This document shows positions 13,301-26,510 of a stretch of 64,000 nucleotides of DNA, piece by piece. The notes beneath the pieces are model-generated. The model was not told where the DNA came from. It saw only the letters and a list, made by a program, of their open reading frames with translations, and made no database searches. Within the stretch, counting starts at the first letter, position 1. The number at the start of each line of letters is the position of its first letter. This DNA is from the human T2T-CHM13v2.0 reference genome, Homo sapiens: assembly GCF_009914755.1 (NCBI RefSeq), contig NC_060926.1. The stretch is one strand, 5' to 3'. Position numbers and translations under genes: made by a program.

Positions 13301-14012
13301 AATGAGATGTCATCTTACTCCTGCAAGAATGTCTGTTATTAAAAAGTCAAAAAACAATAGATGTTGGCATGAATGTGGTGAAAGGGGGATTCTTACACAC
13401 TGCTGATGGAAATGTAAATTAGTACAGCCTCTACAGAAAACAGTATGGAGATTCCTTAAAGAACTAAAAGTAGATATGCTAGTTGATACAGCAATCCCAC
13501 TACTGTGTATCTACCCAAAGGAAAAGAAGTGATTATGTGAAAAAGACACAGGCACATGTGTGTTTATTGCAGCACAATTAACAATTGCAAAGATATGGAA
13601 CCAACCTAAGTGCCCATTGACCAATGAGTGGATAAAGAAAATGTGGTATAGATACACCATGGAATTCTACTCAGCCATAAAAAGGAACAAAATAATGTAT
13701 TTTGCAGCAATTTGGATGGAGCTGGAGGCCATTATCCTAAGTGAAGTAACTCAGGAATGGAAAACCAAATACCATATGCTCTCACTTGTAAGTGGGAGCT
13801 AACCTATGAGTATGCAAAGGCATACACAATGATATAACGGATTTTAGAGACTCAGAAGCGGGAGGATGTGTGAGGAGTGTGGGATAAAAAACCATATATT
13901 GGGTACAATGTACACTGCTTGGGTGATGGGTACACTAAAATCTCAGAATTCGTCACCATATAATTCATCCATGTAACCAAAAACCACTTGTACCCCCAAA
14001 GCTATCAAAATT
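10322..14012 (+). mobile_element. L1PB-like element: ORF2 with frameshifts and internal deletions, plus 3'UTR
   Basis: ORF-track fragments match L1 ORF2p ([35 protein letters not shown]); L1PB-type 3'UTR CATGTAACCAAAAACCACTTGTACC. Confidence 0.9.
12226..12297. repeat. (TA)n-rich microsatellite inside L1PB ORF2
   Basis: Degenerate TATATA/TATGTA run. Confidence 0.85.
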
Positions 14013-14200
14013 ACACATGTATTATTATTACATAACTCAATATAAATTATATAAATTTATAATTATAAAATTCAATATATATAACATATATGTTATATAC
14101 TCAATTATATATTCACATGTAATTGAATATATGTTATCTATACTGAATTATATATTCATATAATTCAATATGTATGTTATCTATACTGAATTATATATAT
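14013..14200. repeat. AT-rich low-complexity tract with ~41-43 bp tandem units at the L1PB tail position
   Basis: TATGTTATCTATACTGAATTATATAT at 14130 and 14173; degenerate copy at 14089. Confidence 0.8.
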
Positions 14201-14550
14201 GTTATTTCTTCTTTAAATGTTTAAAATTCATTAGTGAAATGATTTAAGGCTGGAGACTTCCTTTTGAGATGCTTTTTAACTAAATTCAATTTATTTAATA
14301 GTTATAGAACTTCAGATTATCGATTTAATCTTGGTTGAATTTTGGTATTATTCATTTTTCAAGGATTTTGTTCATTTCATTAAAGTTATGGAATTATGTA
14401 TTTAGAGTTGTTTATTTCCTTATTATCCTTTTAATGACTGCAAGTTCTGTAGTGTTATACACTTTCAGCACTGATATTGGTAATTTGGATATTCCCTCTT
14501 TTTTTCTATTGGTCTTGCTGGCAACATTAATTTTTTCATTTTTATTGTGC

Positions 14551-14861
14551 TTTTTTTTTTTTTTTTTTTTTTTTTTGAGATAGAGTCTCACTCTGTAGCC
14601 CAAGCTAGAGTGCAGTGGCCTGATCTCAGCTCACTGCAACCTCTGCCTGCCTCCCGGGCTCAAGCAATTCTCATGCCTCAGCCTCCTGAGTAGCTGGGAC
14701 TACAGATGCGCGACACCACACTGGCTAATTTTTTGTATTTTAGTAGAGATGGGGTTTCACCATGTTGCCCAGGATGGTCTCAAACTCCTAAGCTCAGTTG
14801 ATCTGCCCACCTTGGCCTCCCAAAGTGCTGGGATTACAGGAATGAGTCACTGCACCTGGCC
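14551..14861 (-). mobile_element. Full-length Alu (AluJb-like)
   Basis: Dimeric Alu with T-tail; J-type CCCGGGCTCAAG. Confidence 0.9.
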
Positions 14862-14879
14862 TTTTATTGATATTTTATC

Positions 14880-15182
<303 letters not shown>

Positions 15183-18100
15183 CTACAGGGAAATAAAGAT
15201 CAGGTTTGGCTTGTTTGATTTTTTTATTTTAAATTTCATTGATGTCTGCTCTTATCTTTATTATGTCTTTATTTCTGCTTGTACTAAGCTTATTCTACTC
15301 CTAATTTTCCAGTTTCTTAAATGTGTAAATTTAGATTATTGATTTGAAATCTTTCTTCTTTTGTAATGTAGGAATATGAGGCAAGTAATTTCCCTCTAAA
15401 CATTGCTTTAGCTGCATTCTAAATTTTTAGATTATATTTTTATTTTTATTTCAAAATATTTTTAATATCCCTTGAGACTTTTTCTTTACCCATATATTAG
15501 TTAGAAGTACATTAATTTCTATGTATTTGGAAATTTTCCATTTATCTTTCTAGTACTGACTTCTAGTTAATTCCATATTGCCAAACAACATACTTTGCAT
15601 AATTTTAACTCATTAAATTAATTAAGGTTCATTACCTGACTCATGATAGGTCTATCCTGGCAAACAGACCATGAGCACTTGAAAAGAATGTGAACTCTGC
15701 TATTGTTGAATGAGTGTCCTATAAATGTTAATTAAATGTAGTCAGTTGATGATTTGTTCAGTCTTTTTGTATCCTTACTGGTTTTTCTATCTGCAAGTTC
15801 TATCAGTTTCTCAGAGAAAAATGCAATGTCTCTAACTATAATTTTGGATTTATCTATTTCTGCTTGTAGTTACATTAGTTTTTGCTTCATATATTTTGAA
15901 GCTTTGATGTTAAATGTATATACACTTAGGATTGGTATGTCTTCTTGATTAGTTGAACATTAATCATTATATAATGCCCTGGTAACTTTCTTTGCTCTGA
16001 AGCCTCTTATATCTGATATGATTAAAGCCATTTCAACTGTCTTTTGATTGATGTTTGAATGGTTTATCTTTTTCATCTTTCTATTTTTAACCTACTTATA
16101 TTATTATCCTTGAAGTAAATATTTTGTAGACAGCATATGCTTTTTAATCCATTTTTACAAGCTCTGTGATTTCATTGGCACATTTAGACCACTTACATCT
16201 AGCATAATTACTAATATCTTGGGATTTAACATTTACTTGTTGTGTTTGTTCTCTCATTTTTGTTCTTCTGCTTTTCTTTCCTGCCTTCTTCTGAGTTATT
16301 TAAACTTTTAAAATTACGCTAACGTACTTATTGTGTTTTGAACATATTTTTGTGCTGTTCCTTTAGTGGTTGCTATAGGGTTACAAAAAACATGCTTAAC
16401 ATTTCAGTGTTCTTAAAAATCAATATTTTAGCATTTTGAGTGGAATGTAGAAACATTACCACTATATAGGCTCCTTTACCCTTCCACCTTTATGTTTTAG
16501 TTATTACACTTACATACATTAAAGACCCTATTAGTGGAAAAGCATGATAACTGAAATTTAAAACCCAATGGATATCTTTACAAGTAGATTGAGCCAAGCT
16601 GAAAAGAGGATTACTATACTGAAAGATATCTGAGTGGAAACGTCTGGATTGAATCATGAAGAGAAAAAGAAAAGATAGAAAATGCAGAAAAGAGCATAAG
16701 AGACATATGGAGCCTAGTGAAAAGACATAACATGCATGTAATTAGAGACCCAGAAGGAGAGGAGAAAGAGATGGAGCAGAAGCAATATTTTAAGAAAACC
16801 AATGAGTCAGTAATCACTATGAACTCTAAGAATGATAACTGCAAGGAAAAAACACACTTATGCACTTCATAGTAAAACTGCTAAGAATGAAAACCAAAGA
16901 AAAAAAATCTTAAAAGATCCAGGGTAGAAAGACAAATTACCTTCAGGGAAGTAAATAGCAGGATTAATCTAAGTAAATATTGACTCTACATAACAGTAAT
17001 AATAAGGTCTTGTGGAGTACAAAACATATGTGAAATTAAAACACATGGGAACAATAAGACAAAGCCAGGATGGGAGGCCTTTGTGGCCTTTACATTGCCT
17101 GAAACAGATCAATAATATTTATGATAATCTCTAGTGTTAATATATGTGGTAATCTTCTATATCCTTGCTGATTTTCTGTCTATTAAAATAATAATAAAAG
17201 AATGTGTACCAAATAGGTGAAAAAAGAGAAAATGGAGTCTTAGGAGATACTTGTTTAATGCAAAAGAAGGCAATAAAGTTAAGTAAATAAAAGCAGAACA
17301 ATTGGTTTGAATAAAAAACAGTAATATGGTAGATACATATCCCAATAGATTAGATGTAAATGAACTAAAGCCTTTAATCAAAAGTCAAAGATTGTAAGAC
17401 TAAATTAAAACAATAGCAGCAGCAAAAACAATATGGTTCTTATAAGAGAGAGACTTTAAAACAAGAACAAAAGAATATTGAAAGTAAAAGGATGGAAAAT
17501 GATATACCATGCAAGTTAACTAAAAGAAAGTTGGTGTAGCTATATTAATAACAGGAAGAAAATAGATTTCAAGGCAAAAAAAAAAACTGGTAGACAGACA
17601 TTTCACAATAAGTAAGTGTCAATGCAGCAGTGAGACATAACAATTCTAAATTTGTGAACATCTAATAATTAGCCTCAAAATATATAAGAGAGGAATGGAC
17701 TAAACCACAATGAGAAATAAACAATTCCAACTATGAGTTGGAAATTTTAACACATCTCTGTTGGTAACTGATGGAACAAGAAGACAAAAATCAGTAAGAT
17801 TTTAGAAAATTTGAAAAAATGTGGTTAACAACCGTGACCTAATTAATAATGGCATTCATTGTACCAAAGAATTTCAAAAGTCAAATTTTTTAAGGATCAT
17901 ATGGAATATTTTCCAAAAATGCTGGGCCATAAAGAAGGCCTCAATCAATGAATTTATGAAAATAGAATAAAACAGATCATGTGCTTGATCATAATAAGGT
18001 TAAAAACCAATAACAAAAAGAAAAGTAGGAAAACCCCTAAATGTTGGGAATTAAAAAATATATATCTAAATAACTCATGGACCAAAAGAGAGTAACAATA

Positions 18101-18200
18101 AAAATTAGAAAAAAAAATTAATTGTATAATGAAGATACAATACATCACAATTTGTGAAATCCAGCTAAAATTATGCTTTAAGGGAAATGGACAAGTTTTT

Positions 18201-18505
<305 letters not shown>

Positions 18506-18519
18506 ATTGGACAGGTTTT

Positions 18520-18634
18520 TTTTTTAAGTTTTTGTTTTGTTTTGTTTTGTTTTGTTTTGTTTTGTTTTAAATACTTCAAGTTCTGGGATACATGTGCAGA
18601 ACATGCAGGTTTGTTACATAGGTATACACGTGCC
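18520..18634 (-). mobile_element. Extremely 5'-truncated L1PA (PA7/8-like) 3' end with (GTTTT)n tail
   Basis: AAGTTCTGGGATACATGTGCAGAACATGCAGGTTTGTTACATAGG is the L1PA 3' terminus; TSD AGGGAAATGGACA(A)GTTTT. Confidence 0.85.
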
Positions 18635-18693
18635 AGGGAAATGGACAGTTTTAATGCATATATTTAAAAAGAAAAGCTGAACATTAAATAAGT

Positions 18694-18762
18694 ATCCATC
18701 CTAAGAATTTAGAAAAAGAAACAAAAGAAATCCATCCTAAGAATTTAGAAAAAGAAACAAAA
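18694..18762. repeat. Perfect 33-bp tandem duplication with 3-bp spacer
   Basis: ATCCATCCTAAGAATTTAGAAAAAGAAACAAAA at 18694-18726 and 18730-18762. Confidence 0.95.
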
Positions 18763-18956
18763 ATTAAATACATAAAGGGTAAAAGGAAAGAAGTACAAAG
18801 ATGAGAGCAGAAATCAATGAAAGAGAAAGTAAACATATAATAGAGAAAATAAATAAGAGTTTATTCTCTGAAAGTCCGGTAAAAATTAGGAAGTCTCTAC
18901 CAAAGCTTATTTAGAAAAAAGTGAGGAATACAAATTATTAACTCAGTAATTAGGCT

Positions 18957-18995
18957 GCCCAGCTAGCTCAGTCAGTAGAGCATGAGACTTTTAAT
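18957..18995 (+). pseudogene. tRNA-Lys 5'-half retropseudogene (tailless type)
   Basis: GCCCAGCTAGCTCAGTCAGTAGAGCATGAGACTTTTAAT matches the tRNA-Lys(CTT) 5' half; flanked by TTAA(C/T)TCAGTAATTA direct repeats. Confidence 0.85.
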
Positions 18996-19987
18996 TCAGT
19001 AATTAAAAGGATACTTTATTACAGCTTCACCATAACCCCTTTAAGGGGAGTCTGGGCACAAATCCTAATGGCACTGGAAAGATAATAAAATCATATTATG
19101 AACAACTTTATGCCAAAAAAAATTCACTTAAACGAACAAATTGCTAGATAATCTAACTGACCAAAGAGGGCATGAGAAGAAACAGAACATCCGAATGTTC
19201 TACTGCATGTATACTACATACATACTACATATGTCTTAAACATTGAATCTATGATTTGAAACCTTCCAACAAAGAAATCTCTAGTCCAGGAATTTTCACT
19301 AAACATTTAAGGAAGAAATAACATCAATGTTACACAAACTCTTCCAAAGAATAAAAAATGAGTACGCACTTCCCAGCTAGTTTTATGAAGATAGATGCAA
19401 AAAAAAAATTATGAGTTTACCTAAAAGTTATATTCATCAAATTACTAAAACCCAAGAACAAAATCTAAATCACTAGTAAATAGAGAAATACAGATGCAAG
19501 TAATAACGAAATGTCACTTTATTCAACAATACCTATTCTAGAGAAGACGTGGAGGCAAATAACTCTAACATTGTTGGTGGCAATGTGAAATGTTATGGTT
19601 TTATGAAAAGCAATCTGCAAGTGCCTATAAAATTTACATATATATGCCTATAACCTAATAATTTCACTTCTGGGAATCTAGCCATAACATTAAGAGCACT
19701 AGTGTATAAGGGTATATATTTAAAGACATTTATTGCAGAGTTGTTATTGTGGCAACAAAATTAAAACCTGGAAGTGAAATTAATGCCCATAAATAAGGAG
19801 ATGGCTGAGAATATATGGTTCAGCCATACCATGGAATATTATATAGCTGTTTTTTAAAAATGAGACTAGAAATTTACCTTTCACCCTAGAGGGATTTACC
19901 TGAGGTTTTATCGAACAAGATGTGGAAAAGAGTATATAATATTCCTTCTTTATATTTTTACAAAAAACAACAGAAAACTCATTATGC

Positions 19988-19990
<3 letters not shown>

Positions 19991-20022
<32 letters not shown>
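19991..20022. repeat. (GT)16 microsatellite
   Basis: Pure GT run. Confidence 0.97.
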
Positions 20023-20023
<1 letters not shown>

Positions 20024-20594
20024 TGCACACGTGTATGTGCAATGTAAATGATCACCTCAGCATGGAGAAAAATATGGAAGGTAACATACTGGATTCCCTT
20101 TAAATACTAGTTCACTACCATGAGTTCACGTGCTATTAAAGGAGGAGGGGAGAAGAAAAGAGGGAAAAGATGCTAAACAAAACCAAAAGAAACCTTTATT
20201 TCTTTATGTAAAATGATCTGTGTATGTGCATAAAGAAATTAAATAACTTTAAAAAACAAAGACCAAACAACAACTTTGTAGTCCTCTTATGAAAGATTAA
20301 ATAATTTAACATTTTTGCTTCTTCTATCTTTCTGATCATTTCAGACATTTAAAAAATTTTAATCCAGAATTATAAACCCCATTATTTGCTTTCAAAATAT
20401 GTTAATAATTGAGCTGTTTTTTCCCTTTTTTCTTGTACTTTTATTGAATATTTACAACATTTTTACTTTTAAAAAGTCTTAAAAATGCTCAGTACCATAA
20501 TTATAGCTTGCCTCATCTTTCCTTTCTTTATTTTTTTCATAACATACATTGCCAACTGAGATCTTGCCATATGCTCATTTTCCTACTGTCCCCC

Positions 20595-20722
20595 ACACCG
20601 GAATGCGCATGCGCCAGGCAGGGACTGGGTCTATTGTTTACCGCTGTGTCTACAGTGCCTGAAGGGGTGTCTGGCAGACAGTAGGTGCTCAGTCAATGCT
20701 TGAATGAATTTGTGAATGAATA
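20595..20722 (+). mobile_element. L2 3' end
   Basis: CAGTGCCTG...CAGTAGGTGCTCAGTCAATGCTTGAATGAAT tail. Confidence 0.75.
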
Positions 20723-21659
20723 CATTTTCTATTTCAACTTCTCTATACTTGAGTTCATTTCACTTACTCATGAGTTTATTTAGCACATATTTAAAGAAGT
20801 CTAAATACCGAGTTAGAAATAGGAATAAATGAAGGTAGAAGACATGGTCCATTCCTCCCGAACAGTAAGTGTTCCAGTGGGAGAAAAGACCTGAAAGTCA
20901 GTGATTGTTCAGAATGATATGATAAAAGTAAGCATAATGCATTGACAGAGTACCGAGGAGGGGCACTTTAGTCAGACTACTTGGGGGTGCGGGTGTGCAG
21001 AGACTTTCAGATCGCAGTCCCCCCGTGAGGGAATCCAGGGCGGCTGGGGAGGGAATAGCTCTAGGACAGCAAGCAGGGCCACATGGCAAGAGCCAGGATA
21101 CCCAAAGGAATCCCACAGGCCACCTGGCTGGAAAGAGCTGGAGGTGAGCAGGCAGGAAGGGCAGCCAATGACTTCCAGGTCAGCATGACACTCAGGGTCA
21201 AGTGGCACAGGTGTGATTGTCTACTAAGGAAGCCAGATGGAATTACGGTAAAAAATATTGTCCTGTTGTCTCTACTAAAGTCAAGTTGGAGGAGAATGGG
21301 TCAAGGCAGGTTAGTACTAAATCCTGGGCACCCATTTCCAGCAGAGTTTGCTGGGTCAACCTCTCATCTGAATCATCTCTGGGCTTCTGCGAATGGATTT
21401 CTGCCAGTGTTTCTCTAGGGAAGGTGAGATGCAAAGCCTTGAGATGCTGCTGCAGGACTCAGTCCTATGGGTTTGCAGAGGAAGAGGAGCCTGAAAGCTT
21501 CCAGTGGGATTGTCTTCTCATGTCTGAGTCAGTGATGAGCTAAGAACTCCTCTTCTTTATACAGCAGCCGTATCTATACATCTCGTGTGAATTCTGGCAA
21601 TTAGTTATAACAGTTTTTTGCTTAGCGCACTAATTCCCCTTTTCCAGCACTCTTGGGAT

Positions 21660-21860
21660 TAGTAATGATAATAGTAACTATCTATTGGGTTATTACCATG
21701 GCTTATCTAATCTTCACAAAAATTCTATGAGGCAGTCACTATTATTAGCCCCATTTCCCAGATGGAAAAACTGAGACTTGGAAGGATAAGTAGCTTGCAC
21801 AAAGCCATGCAGCCAGAAGGTGACCCAGGTGCATACCCTGACACTCCAGGCTTTACCAAC
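21660..21860 (-). mobile_element. MIR SINE
   Basis: TATTATTAGCCCCATTTCCCAGATGGAAAAACTGAGACTT core. Confidence 0.8.
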
Positions 21861-23780
21861 TTACGAAGCCACACTTCCCTTTAATCCTCAAATCACAGAA
21901 GTCAGAGCTCCTGTCCCTTGCCCACTCTGTTTGGACTTCCTCAGGAATATTGGTGTGTTCACCCATTGCCTCCTGTGTTCTTCCCACCCTATATATCATC
22001 TAGCTCTGGAACAATGCATGTTCAACGTGTTGCCTTTGGTAGGCTCAAGATCAGCTTCCCTCTAGATACTCCTGCTCTCCTTGTACCATCTCTTTCCCAA
22101 ATGTGGGAGTATCACCCTCCTGCCTTTCCTCTGCTGAAATGAGATTGGGATGTAGAATTTAACACAAGCTGGCTGAAAGGTAGGCTATGGCAGGCAGGAT
22201 TATCACCCAAGGGGTTTACACTGAATATTATCAATGGCTTCCCTCAGAGTCCACGGGCCCAGTATCCTTCATGGGGACCCTCTGCTGCCTTCCTCTTTTC
22301 CTGGATTCCGGCCTGCCTTGCTGGAGTAGAGGCTGAACTGCATGCCCTGTCCCCGCGTGCTACTTGTCACTAAGGCCATGCCAAAGGAGGTGTCCTTCAG
22401 TGTGACAGCCAAGGCAAGATCCAGTTGAGTCATATCCCAAGGCTTACAGACAGAAGGCAGTTTCCCTCCCTTAATGCTAAGGTCCACCTTCAAAGTTTTT
22501 ATTTTCCAGCCCTATGATTAACCCTCCATAAGCATGATTGACAATGGAAAATCAGCTTCCTTCAAGAAAACCCCAGCCCCATCCATGGGAATACAGTCTT
22601 GCCCTTTGGCCCTTAAAAGATACCTGAACAGAAAGTTTCAAGTCCAGACATTTCCCAAATTCTAGATTATTTAGTCTTGAAAAACATCTTCTGTGACCTA
22701 TTAATAGTCTTAGCCAAGCCAAAACCCTTTCTTTTTCATCCTTCCTCCAGCAACCCTGTTGACCAAGCCTGCACAGGCTTTCTGTCATCTTCAGGGTCCC
22801 CTCCCAGATCCGTGACCAAATGCTTGAAGAGTAACATAGAAATACCTCCTGAGAACAAGCAGTATGATACCAAGTAAGACAGCCTGATCCAGTCGTTGTG
22901 AAAGAGGCATTCCTTTAAAGGAAGTAAATCTGTCTACAGAGTGTAATTCTGTCCACCCCTCTCCACCTCCACCACCCTCATTCATGATAACCTGTTAACA
23001 TTGTTATGCAGAGAAACTCAGCTCTTTGGAAATCCATTGCCTTTGCTTTGCTTAGTCAGAAGGGTCATTGCTCAAGAGTGAATCCAAGAACCCACCTTCA
23101 GCAACAAAGGAAATCACTTGAACCTTTGATTTCATGGCTCTGTTTCAGCTTCAACCCTCCTCATCAGACTATATAAACCCCAGGACCAATGTTTTCTTTT
23201 GAGGACCAAATTCAGAATGCCTTGACTTTTTCTTCTGTCAACAGCCTCTGCAAGGAGGAGATTTCCAAAGCAGGTGATTTCAGAGCAACAGTAGCTATCA
23301 TCGCACCAAGCATCCTTCACACGTTCTATCTTGTTTTCCAGCAAGGAGAATAAAACTCAGTGAGGTTGAGTGGTTTGCCTAATGTTCCAAAGCTAATAAC
23401 TAGGAGAACCATTATTTGAACCCAATCAGTTTGATTCTGGCTCCAGCCCTCTTAACCGCTTTTCAAGTGGGGAATGAGAGTCTAGCCTGGGAATGAGAAG
23501 AATTGCAGACCCATCTCCCCTCTACAGCAGACTGTGGGTACTATGGCATTCTCTTGGTGTGGATTGAGGTCAACATCCCTCCATGGCATATATAGCCAAT
23601 ATTCAGTATTTAGATGACAGAGACACTAAAACCTGATCAGCCTGAACCTGCAAAATCCTTCCCCTGCCTCTACGCTAAACCTGGAGGAGAATGTGGCTCT
23701 GTGATGCAGACTCCTCCATCTCCCCACAGTCAAGGAGAGCCAGAGCCAGCGTGTCATCCCTTTGGGATTCCCTTCTTTCC

Positions 23781-24117
23781 TTCCTTGCTTTTTTTTTTCT
23801 CTTCTCTTCTTTTCTTTCCTTTCTTTCTTTCTTTTTTTTTTTTTTTTTTTTTTTTTTGAGACAGGGTCTCTCTGTCGCCCAGGCTGGAGTGCAGTGGTGT
23901 GATAACAGCTCACTGCAGCCTCTACCTCCTGAGCTCAGGTGATCCTTCCACTTAAGCCTCCCAAGTAGCTGTGCCTGCAGGTGTGTGCCACCACACCTGG
24001 CTAATTTTTTAATTTTTTGTAGAGATGGGGTTTCGCCATGTTGCCCAGGCTGGTCTCAAACTCCTGAGCTCAAGTGATCCTCCTGCCTCGGTCTCCCAAA
24101 GCTCAGGGATTATAGGC
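23781..24117 (-). mobile_element. AluJ with pyrimidine-rich extended tail
   Basis: ACAGGGTCTC, CACTGCAGCCTC and GAGCTCAAGTGATCCTCC (J-type). Confidence 0.9.
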
Positions 24118-24869
24118 TGACATTGTAATTTCTGTTGGTCCCAGCTCATCTCCCCAGCCTGACATCTGCTACAGTTGCTCACTCAACTCAGTGGGCCCTG
24201 ACATCACTGCAGGCTCCTTCCCGGGGTTCCATATCAATAAAGTCTTTGATTGGAGGCTACAGGACTAAGTAGAGAGAAGGAATTGGTCAGAGGGAAGAGG
24301 TCGAACTGTATGCCAAACTAGTGAAGGTTACCAGCTTAGCTCGGTTCTGTCTATTTTTCTTTCTCATTAGAGTCACTTATTGTGTGCATAGGGCTCTCTC
24401 AAGGTTCTCTTTCCCCCTTAGTTTACTGATCATCCTGGTTATTTGTGCTGGATGCTGAGATGGAGTTTGATAACTCTTTGTGGTGTTTCCTAATCCAGGC
24501 TCATAAGCCCTGTGTTTAGCAGAGACTCCTTTGCATCTGTGGTATTTGGTTGAGTAAGTGTATGGGCCCCTTTATTTAAATTATTTTACACAAGAGGTAG
24601 CTTTAAATGAATTCAGGTCTTGGATGAATTCTCAGAGCACCAAATATCATTGCAAATGTGATTACTGAACCATTGTTGATAATGTTTTTGAGGTCATAGA
24701 GAACTAGAGACGGGCCACAAAACAGAAGATTGACAAATGTTGAATATTTTTCACATAGGCGAGGTGGATAGCATGTGGAAATTGCAAACTGATAAGTGTG
24801 ACATCTCTTACCAATAAGATACCAGGATGGACCACTGAGTAGACAGTTTCTGCACACTAAATCACCATG

Positions 24870-26510
24870 CATAAACATGGGTTCTCAAGAAATAGCTCAT
24901 GCCAAATGACCTAGTCTGTTTATACTTGCTTATTTGAATCAAGGATCAGGAAGTACTATAGGCATGGCTCTTCCTGACTGCAGTGAGATATTTGAAGAAG
25001 TTTCTTTTGAAATCTTAGTAGATAAGATGGAGAAATGTGAGTTGGCTACTGGTTAATTAGGCGGATTTGTAACTGGCTGAACAACTATACCTAAAGAATA
25101 TTGATAAAATATTTTTTAATCAACAACTCACACAAAAGTATTTATGACATGCTTATCATCATTTACAAATGATGCCAAACTGCAAGGGATAGCTAATAAT
25201 TTGGATGACAAAATTAGGATTCTAAAGTATTTTGCCAGACTGGAACTTGGATTAAAGCTAACAACAACAAAGTGAATGGAGATAGTGTGGAGATTTTCCC
25301 TTCAGGTGTAAAAAAAGAAATTGTATAAGCACAGGAAGGGTAGACATGAGTTAGCAGTAATTCCTTGCATTAGTTGGGGATGCCTTTGGCTGCAAGTAAC
25401 AAAAATACCTGATTCAAGATGGATAAGGCAATTTATCATCTCCTATAACAAGGAGACAGGCAAAGCAGCTGTGGGTGTGAAAGCTTTACTTCTCTGAGAT
25501 ACTCTAGGCTAGCAGTTGTCAACCAGGGCAGTTTTGCCCCCAGGAAACATTTGACTATACCTAGGAACATTTTTTGGTTGTCACAACTGGTAAGGTGGGA
25601 GTATGCTATGGCCTTTAGTGGACAGAGATGTCATGGATGCTGCTGAACATCCTACAATGTGCAGGATAGCTCCCACAACAAATAATTACATGGCCCAAAA
25701 TGTCAGTAGTTCAAGACTCAGAAGCCCTGATTTTTTACAGTAATCCAGATCTACTGTCTGGAGCCTTCCCTGAAGTCACATGGGGGAAGGGTGGATAGCT
25801 GAGCAAAATTGGGATTTTTTAGGAAGGAAGAAAGGAGGGATGGATGTTGGAGAGTCCGCCATAAAGATACTACATTCATATCAAAAATATTTTTTAATTG
25901 ATTATGAGCCAGGGTCACTGCCAGCCCAGAAAAGATCTTTGTGTGATTTAGAACTAAGGCACCCCCCTTCCTCAGAAACTTTACTGCCATCTGCTGGAAA
26001 AACTACTGAAGGAAATATGTAAATCTACAATAGGTTGTAAATAGAGCCCCCTAGAGTTGTGCCACACATAACCTCACGATAATTTACAGCATGCATCCCT
26101 TCTGTGAGTCTAACATGATCCAGCTATATAAAATGGCTGTCAAAGAAGTAGCTTAGGACTTTACAAACAGGAACCATGTGTCCCAAGTAAGGAAGGTCAA
26201 AATCTCACCATATCCTACATTGGTCACACCACAGCTGGAATTCTTGGTAAATTCTTGGTTTCATAGTTGAAGAATTTTTTTTTTAAGTGACCAAAGAAAG
26301 TTGGACTGGAGGAAGAAGTATCAAGGAGTCATAATATATGAGAAGTGTGTGTGGAGAAAGGAAGGAACTGGAGATGTAGAGCTGGTGAAGAAACACTAAA
26401 AGTCAACTGGAGCGTTATCTCCAAGTATCTGAAGGGTTTTAAGGGGATAAGGACCAGACTGAATCTGTGTTTCTCCAAAGGGCAAAACTGGGTCCAATGA
26501 GTGAAATCAT
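24870..26510 (+). mobile_element. L3/CR1 LINE remnant, interrupted by MaLR and MER20 pieces
   Basis: CR1 RT-like motifs CATGGGTTC...TCATGCCAAA, AGATAAGATGGAGAAATGTG, TTTACAAATGATGCCAAACTG, TTGGTCACACCACAGCTGGAAT. Confidence 0.6.
25513..25729 (+). mobile_element. MER20 (hAT-Charlie) DNA transposon
   Basis: TTTTGCCCCCAGG, TTTTTGGTTGTCACAACTGG, GGATGCTGCTGAACATCCTACAATG, GGCCCAAAATGTCAGTAG. Confidence 0.85.
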
